From the sequence record DRR723986_697: a DNA stretch of 30,008 nucleotides, one strand, 5' to 3'. The position numbers were made by a program, and so were the translations under genes. How positions within the stretch are numbered: position 1 is the first letter of the stretch; the number at the start of each line of letters is the position of its first letter. The notes below the pieces were generated by a model that searched no databases, had not been told where the DNA came from, and worked only from the letters and a program-made list of their open reading frames with translations. Below are positions 24,677 to 30,008 of this stretch, piece by piece.

Positions 24677-25525
24677 ATGACCGTCCTCACCCACGCCGCA
24701 TCCGGATGGACCATCGGGGCAGGCAAGCCGCTTTCCGTGATCGCGGGCCTGAACGTGCTGGAAGACGAAGGCCTTGCCCTCGAAATCGGCACAGAGCTGA
24801 AGCGCGTCTGCGCCGCGCTCGGCCTGCCCTATGTGTTCAAGGCCAGCTTCGACAAGGCGAATCGCTCCTCGATCAAATCCTATCGCGGGCCCGGAATGGA
24901 ATCCGGACTGAAGACGCTGGCCAGCGTCAAAGCGAAACTGGGCGTGCCGATCTGCGCCGACCTGCATGAACCCGGCCAGGCCGAACCTGTCGCCGAGATC
25001 GTGGACATCGTCCAGATCCCGGCCTTCCTGTGCCGCCAGACCGATCTGGTCGTCGCCACCGCGAAAGCCACGGCCGCTACCGGTGGCATCATCCAGGTCA
25101 AGAAAGCCCAGTTCATCGCGCCGTGGGATACCAAGAACATCGTGTCCAAGATTGGCGAAGCGGCCGATGTCGGCGTGATCCTGTGTGAGCGCGGCTCCAG
25201 CTTCGGCTACAACAATCTCGTCGTCGACATGCTGGGCATTCCGGAAATGCAGAAGCTCGGCTGTCCGGTGACCATCGACGCGACCCACGCGGTTCAGCTT
25301 CCGGGCGCCGACCCGCGCACGGCGGGCGCTTCCACCGGCGGGCGCCGGGAAGGCGTGGCGATCATTGCCAAGGCAGCGATCGCCGCTGGCGCCGATGGCG
25401 TCTTCCTCGAATTCCATACCGATCCCGACAAGGCTCTGTGCGACGGGCCGAGCTGCCTGCCAATCACAGATGCTGAAGGCCTGCTGACGACGCTGAAGGC
25501 GTTGCACGAGGTGGTTGCCGCGTGA
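24677..25525 (+). CDS. kdsA: 3-deoxy-D-manno-octulosonate 8-phosphate synthase
   Basis: ATG 24677 after GGAGA; FKASFDKANRSS, QIPAFLCRQTDL, ERGSSFGYNNLVVDM, DATHAVQ and ALCDG motifs. Confidence 0.96.
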   Translation: MTVLTHAASGWTIGAGKPLSVIAGLNVLEDEGLALEIGTELKRVCAALGLPYVFKASFDKANRSSIKSYRGPGMESGLKTLASVKAKLGVPICADLHEPGQAEPVAEIVDIVQIPAFLCRQTDLVVATAKATAATGGIIQVKKAQFIAPWDTKNIVSKIGEAADVGVILCERGSSFGYNNLVVDMLGIPEMQKLGCPVTIDATHAVQLPGADPRTAGASTGGRREGVAIIAKAAIAAGADGVFLEFHTDPDKALCDGPSCLPITDAEGLLTTLKALHEVVAA

Positions 25526-26139
25526 GGCGGGAAGCCGACAAGGAAACGCGCGTCATCCTGCTGAACAAACCTTTTGGCGTGCTCTCCCAGTTCACCGACC
25601 GGGGCAATGCCGGCTCGAAACGGCGCACCCTGTCGGAACTCATCGATATTCCGGGTGTCTACCCGGCCGGCCGGCTGGACCAGGATTCCGAAGGCCTGAT
25701 GATCCTCACCAATGACGGCCGCCTGCAACACCGGATCGCCAATCCGGCGAACAAGATGCCCAAGACCTATTGGGCGCAGGTCGAAGGCATTCCAGACGAC
25801 GCCGCCCTTCAGCGCCTGCGCGATGGCGTGGACCTCTCCGATGGCCTGACCGCACCGGCAAAAGCCAGCGCCCTGCCCGCGCCCGAGACTCTCTGGCCGC
25901 GCGTACCGCCGATCCGTTACAGGAAATCCGTGCCCGACAGCTGGATTGAACTGACGATTACGGAAGGGCGCAACCGCCAGGTCCGCCGCATGACGGCCAC
26001 TGTCGGTCACCCGACACTGCGTCTGATCCGTGTCCGCATCGGAGAATGGGAACTCGGCAGCCTACAGCCCGGCGAATGGCGCGAGGGCCATCTGCCGCAG
26101 CCACCGAAACACAGGAGTCGGGGCAGTTTGCGCCACTGA
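25522..26139 (+). CDS. rluE: rRNA pseudouridine synthase, RluE-like (RsuA family)
   Basis: LNKPFGVLSQFTD, catalytic GRLD, KTYWAQVEG and EGRNRQVRRMTA; GTGA overlap with kdsA. Confidence 0.88.
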   Translation: MRREADKETRVILLNKPFGVLSQFTDRGNAGSKRRTLSELIDIPGVYPAGRLDQDSEGLMILTNDGRLQHRIANPANKMPKTYWAQVEGIPDDAALQRLRDGVDLSDGLTAPAKASALPAPETLWPRVPPIRYRKSVPDSWIELTITEGRNRQVRRMTATVGHPTLRLIRVRIGEWELGSLQPGEWREGHLPQPPKHRSRGSLRH

Positions 26140-26175
26140 CACCACAGGGAAGCCAATCCCCAGGGGGAAATCAGA

Positions 26176-27435
26176 ATGGAAAATACCGCGCAGTTCCAGT
26201 CCGTCGGCGGCTGGTTCGACCAGAATGCACCGCAATGGGCACGGGACGCCGCCAGCTATATCGCCACAGTGTGGAACCAGGGCGATTACGGCCTGACCTA
26301 TGGCGAGATTTTTACCGCCGTCCTGATCGTCGTCATTGCTCTGTTGGTACGCGGCCTGTTCGCGCGGATCATCGTCTCGACGATCATGCGGCTTACAGCA
26401 GGCACCAGGACGCGTCTTGATGATGCGCTCGTCAAATCGATCTCTACGCCGCTGAAAGTCGTGCCGGTGATCATCGGTATCTATATCGCGTTGCAGGTCA
26501 CCGATATTTCCGGTGAGGCGGAAGTCTATGCCAACCGCATCCTGCGCTCGGTGATCACGCTGGCCGTTTTCTGGACGCTTGCCCGGGCCGTGAACGCATT
26601 CGAGTTCATGTTCGGCACGCTGCGCAACGCGCTCTCCTCAGCCGCCGTCGACTGGATGGTGAAGGCGCTTCAGGTCCTGCTGGTGGTTCTGGGTCTTGGC
26701 GCGGTAGCCGAACAATGGGGGATCCAGATTGCGCCGCTTCTGGCCGGCCTTGGCGTCCTCGGCATCGCCGTCGGCCTTGGCGCGCAGGACCTGTTCAAGA
26801 ACCTCATATCCGGCATCCTGATCATCACAGAAAAGCGCTTCGTACCCGGTGAATGGATCAAGGTGGATGGCGTCGTCGAGGGGACGGTTGAGAAGATCAA
26901 TTTCCGCTCGACCCTGATCCGCCGGTTCGACAAGAGCCCGGTCTATGTGCCCAACAGCGCCCTGTCCGATGCCGCCGTGACGAACTTCTCCCGGATGACC
27001 TATCGGCGGATCAAATGGGCCATTGGCGTCGAATACCGCACGAGCGTCGACCAGCTGAAATATGTCCGCGACGAAATCGAAGCCTGGCTTTGGAACGATG
27101 ACCGGTTCGTCAAACCGCCGGAAGCGGCGCTCTTCGTGCGGGTCGACAATTTCAATGCCAGCTCCATCGATTTCCTCATCTACACCTTCACCAGGACGAA
27201 GGACTGGGGCGAGTGGCTCACGATCAAGGAAGAGTTTGCCGTCGCGGTGATGGATATCATCGAAAAGGCCGGCACCAGCTTCGCCTTCCCGAGCCAGACG
27301 ATCTACATGCAGGAAACCGATCCGCCGGAAATCATGTCGCCACCCGCCCGCAGCGAGCGTGTCGCCCGGGCACAGCAGATGATCGAACAGAGCGGCAAGC
27401 GCCGCGGCATGGGCGAAGCCGACGATGAAGGCTGA
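26176..27435 (+). CDS. Small-conductance mechanosensitive channel (MscS family)
   Basis: Multiple TM segments; GLGVLGIAVGLGAQD, GTVEKINFRST, VPNS and FAFPSQT motifs. Confidence 0.94.
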   Translation: MENTAQFQSVGGWFDQNAPQWARDAASYIATVWNQGDYGLTYGEIFTAVLIVVIALLVRGLFARIIVSTIMRLTAGTRTRLDDALVKSISTPLKVVPVIIGIYIALQVTDISGEAEVYANRILRSVITLAVFWTLARAVNAFEFMFGTLRNALSSAAVDWMVKALQVLLVVLGLGAVAEQWGIQIAPLLAGLGVLGIAVGLGAQDLFKNLISGILIITEKRFVPGEWIKVDGVVEGTVEKINFRSTLIRRFDKSPVYVPNSALSDAAVTNFSRMTYRRIKWAIGVEYRTSVDQLKYVRDEIEAWLWNDDRFVKPPEAALFVRVDNFNASSIDFLIYTFTRTKDWGEWLTIKEEFAVAVMDIIEKAGTSFAFPSQTIYMQETDPPEIMSPPARSERVARAQQMIEQSGKRRGMGEADDEG

Positions 27436-27460
27436 TGTCCGGCGTTGATACCGGCAGCGG

Positions 27461-27979
27461 CTACTCCAGGCCTGGCGGCAAATCCGGTTGCGCCATCGCG
27501 CAAGTCAGCGGCGCCGCATCTTCCAGCGCGTGGAACAGGGCCGTGTCGTCCAGCACGTTGAACCGGGCTGTGAACTGGCCGTCGCTGCACGCCGGACCAA
27601 TCCGGGTCGGTGAACAGTCGAGGTAAAGCGGGACGTTCACCTTCCCGGGAATGAGGACAGCCGCCAGTTCTTCATCACCGTAGAAGACGGCGTGCGCGCT
27701 GACGCCTTCCTGGTTGCACGTGTAATCGGCTTCCTGTGTCAGGCCGAGTATCGCAGCCCGCTCTTCCGGATCGCCCGCAGTGCGTGAGGAAGGCATATCA
27801 TCGGTGTCTGCAGCATTTGCTTCAGATCCGCTGACCGGCGCCACCGCAGGCGCTCTTTCCGCCCTGGTCGCCTCGATCACGGCCGAGGAGGTGTCATCCG
27901 GGTAACCGGCCCCCACCGCATCGTCACATGCAGCAGGAATCAAAAGAAGTACTGAGCACAGTCCGGCATAGCGCATCAC
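27461..27979 (-). CDS. Hypothetical lipoprotein with an MliC-like C-terminal domain
   Basis: SD GGAGGAGG 7 nt before the GTG; lipobox-like PAAC; Ala/Asp-rich linker; YTC...LTC domain. Confidence 0.65.
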   Translation of the reverse strand: MMRYAGLCSVLLLIPAACDDAVGAGYPDDTSSAVIEATRAERAPAVAPVSGSEANAADTDDMPSSRTAGDPEERAAILGLTQEADYTCNQEGVSAHAVFYGDEELAAVLIPGKVNVPLYLDCSPTRIGPACSDGQFTARFNVLDDTALFHALEDAAPLTCAMAQPDLPPGLE

Positions 27980-28042
27980 GCATGATCCTCCTCCACCCTC
28001 GCGGATAGAGTATCATGCAGCAGGTGATTCCGGAAACGCCGA

Positions 28043-29245
28043 CTATTTCACCCAGGCACCCGGCGAATTCGTCCGATAACCGAGCGAGCGGTAGGCCGCA
28101 TCAATGAGACTCTGCCCACGGTCGTTCAGCAGAATGCCATTGCCCATCTGGTTCATCGTGTAGCTGAAGGCGAGACCGCAATCGGGATCGGCAAACCCGA
28201 TGGAGCCGCCCGCCCCGACATGGCCAAACGCCCGCTCGCCCATGATCGCGCTGGTGCCCGGCCCCATCTTGCGTCGCCGGTTGTCCATCGACTTCATGAA
28301 GCCCGAGGCAAACCGGGTGGGGATCAGAAGCGTCGCATCCCGGTGCGTCGCCGTTGACACCATGGTCATGTTGTTGAGCCGGTCATCCGACACCAGCGAC
28401 CCGTCATTCGTGGCGAGCGGCGTGTACATGGCCACCTGTCCGCGCGCATTGGACAAGCCGCCTCCGCCACCGATTTCGGCGGTCTGGCCCTTGCGGTCGT
28501 TGAAGTCCCATCCGCCGGAGTTCATGAAGCTCTTGTGCTGGATCGATTCCGGGTCGGTCATCAGCTTGATCCCGAACTCGGTCGCCTCGTCGCCCGGCTT
28601 CGGCACATATTGGCGGATCGGGGCGATGTGCACATCCTCCGTTTCCGGAAGGCCCAGCCAGAAGCGCGCGCCGGTCTTCTCCGCGACTTCTTCCCGGAAG
28701 AATGTACCGAGCGACTTGCCCGACACGCGGCGGACGAGTTCGCCGACCGTCCAGCCGAAATTGATCATGTGATAGCCATTGCGTGTGCCGGGCTCCCAGA
28801 ACGGTTCCTCATCTGCCATGCGCTGGACCATATAGTCCCAGTCGGCAAAGCCGCCCGGCTTCACCGGATCGCGCAGTGTCGGCAGGGCGCTTTCATGGTT
28901 CAGCATCATCTGAACCGTCGTCTTCTCTTTCCCGTTCTTCGCAAATTCCGGCCAGTATTCCGAAACCAGCGCCTCGGGGTCGAGTTCTCCCCGGTCGATG
29001 AGGATATGAGCACAGATCGCTGTGGCGGCCTTGGAACAGGAAAAGACGATGGAGATCGTGTCTTCCTGCCAGGGGTCATTCGTTTCCGGATTGGCCATGC
29101 CGCCCCAGAGATCCACAAGCGTTTCGCCGTTCACGGACAGGCAGACCGACGCGCCGACTTCTTCCCGCTCTGCGAAGTTCTTTTCGAATTCGCGTTTCAC
29201 TTCCTCAAAACGCGGATCGCACCGCCCGTCGACGCTTGCCGTCAT
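28043..29245 (-). CDS. Serine hydrolase, beta-lactamase class C / family VIII esterase-like
   Basis: VDLWGG, SxxK (SCSK), WEPGTRNGYH and FGHVGAGGS motifs; no signal peptide; SD GGGAGGA. Confidence 0.92.
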   Translation of the reverse strand: MTASVDGRCDPRFEEVKREFEKNFAEREEVGASVCLSVNGETLVDLWGGMANPETNDPWQEDTISIVFSCSKAATAICAHILIDRGELDPEALVSEYWPEFAKNGKEKTTVQMMLNHESALPTLRDPVKPGGFADWDYMVQRMADEEPFWEPGTRNGYHMINFGWTVGELVRRVSGKSLGTFFREEVAEKTGARFWLGLPETEDVHIAPIRQYVPKPGDEATEFGIKLMTDPESIQHKSFMNSGGWDFNDRKGQTAEIGGGGGLSNARGQVAMYTPLATNDGSLVSDDRLNNMTMVSTATHRDATLLIPTRFASGFMKSMDNRRRKMGPGTSAIMGERAFGHVGAGGSIGFADPDCGLAFSYTMNQMGNGILLNDRGQSLIDAAYRSLGYRTNSPGAWVK

Positions 29246-29275
29246 CTGAAATTCCTCCCGCTATGTTTTGCCGGG

Positions 29276-29304
29276 AGCATAAGCACCGCTCACGCCGGAT
29301 GCGA
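29276..29304 (-). promoter_or_regulatory. Putative sigma70 promoter of the serine hydrolase gene
   Basis: Minus strand TCGCAT-17 nt-TATGCT, just downstream of the clpA terminator. Confidence 0.45.
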
Positions 29305-29307
29305 GTA

Positions 29308-29337
29308 GGAAAAGGGCCGTACCCTTCGGTACGGCCC
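29308..29337 (-). terminator. Intrinsic terminator of clpA
   Basis: Perfect 10-bp stem GGGCCGTACC/GGTACGGCCC with a 4-nt loop, followed by TTTT on the minus strand, about 40 nt after the clpA stop. Confidence 0.85.
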
Positions 29338-29377
29338 CATAACGTTGCGGCAACTGAAGCGTCAGCCCTTGATCAGG

Positions 29378-30008
29378 TCAGGCAGGCTCCTGCGAGCCCT
29401 TCTTCGCAGCCGGTTTCTTCTTCTTCGGCTTTTCGGCCACGTATTTGAAGGCCAGCTTGCTGTCGTCGTCCTTGTCGATGTCGATGTGGACAACGCCGCC
29501 CTTCTGCAGCTCGCCGAAAAGGAGTTCCTCCGCCATCGGCTTCTTGACATGTTCCTGGATCGTCCGGGCCAGCGGCCGGGCCCCCATGTCGGCGTCGAAA
29601 CCGCGCTTGGCGAGCCAGTCGCGGGCCGGCTTGGAGATCTCGATCGAAACGTTGCGGTCTTCCAGCTGGACTTCCAGCTGCAGGATGAACTTCTCGACCA
29701 CACGGTCGATGATCTCCGGCGTCAGGCCGCCGAATGTGATGATCGAATCGAGGCGGTTGCGGAATTCCGGGGTGAACAGGCGCTTGATCGCCTCGTCCTG
29801 CTCGTCATCCTTCTTGCCAGCGCCGAAGCCAATGGCGTTCTTCGCGGCGTCCGATGCGCCCGCATTGGTGGTCATGATCACGACCACGTTGCGGAAGTCG
29901 ACCTTGCGGCCGTTGGCATCGGTCAGCGAGCCATTGTCCATCACCTGAAGCAGGATGTTGAACAGGTCCGGGTGAGCTTTCTCGATCTCGTCGAGCAGCA
30001 GCACGCAG
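29378..30008 (-). CDS. clpA: ATP-dependent Clp protease ATP-binding subunit ClpA (3' part; 5' end outside the window)
   Basis: LLLDEIEKAHPD, LLQVMDNG, IGF loop, FTPEFRNRLD, MGARPL and EELLFG motifs. Confidence 0.95.
   Translation of the reverse strand, partial: CVLLLDEIEKAHPDLFNILLQVMDNGSLTDANGRKVDFRNVVVIMTTNAGASDAAKNAIGFGAGKKDDEQDEAIKRLFTPEFRNRLDSIITFGGLTPEIIDRVVEKFILQLEVQLEDRNVSIEISKPARDWLAKRGFDADMGARPLARTIQEHVKKPMAEELLFGELQKGGVVHIDIDKDDDSKLAFKYVAEKPKKKKPAAKKGSQEPA

Noticed and set aside
24161-25507. 448-aa minus-strand ORF
   Set aside because: Mostly antisense to kdsA; no domain features or convincing SD.
28043-29245. Beta-lactam resistance gene
   Set aside because: No signal peptide, and the motifs fit cytoplasmic family VIII esterases; the fold alone does not support resistance.

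Overview
Chromosomal window from a GC-rich alphaproteobacterium. The gene set and signals look Hyphomonadaceae/Caulobacterales-like (inference). Positions 65-9059 hold a tightly coupled P-type conjugative mating-pair operon trbB-C-D-E-J-L-F-G-I of the Tn4371-type ICE layout, with no trbK or trbH, ending abruptly against host-like genes. The rest is mostly housekeeping and metabolism: acyl-CoA dehydrogenase, sulfotransferase-family protein, SDR, membrane GGDEF/EAL protein, DUF3297-like and NnrU-family proteins, panB, yfgM-like/bamB-like/der, an ArsM/AS3MT-like methyltransferase, a Tat-signal Acg-like nitroreductase plus MarR regulator behind a perfect 20-bp palindrome, arfB, RcnB-family protein, kdsA, RluE-like synthase, MscS, an MliC-like lipoprotein, a serine hydrolase and partial clpA. 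The most unusual signal is a self-contained unit of about 260 bp at 24313-24571 that the ORF track misses. It has a sigma54-like promoter, competing RNA helices, a 16-nt perfect complement to the 16S rRNA 3' end running into a 26-codon ORF, and an intrinsic terminator. All family calls come from reading motifs, not database searches.
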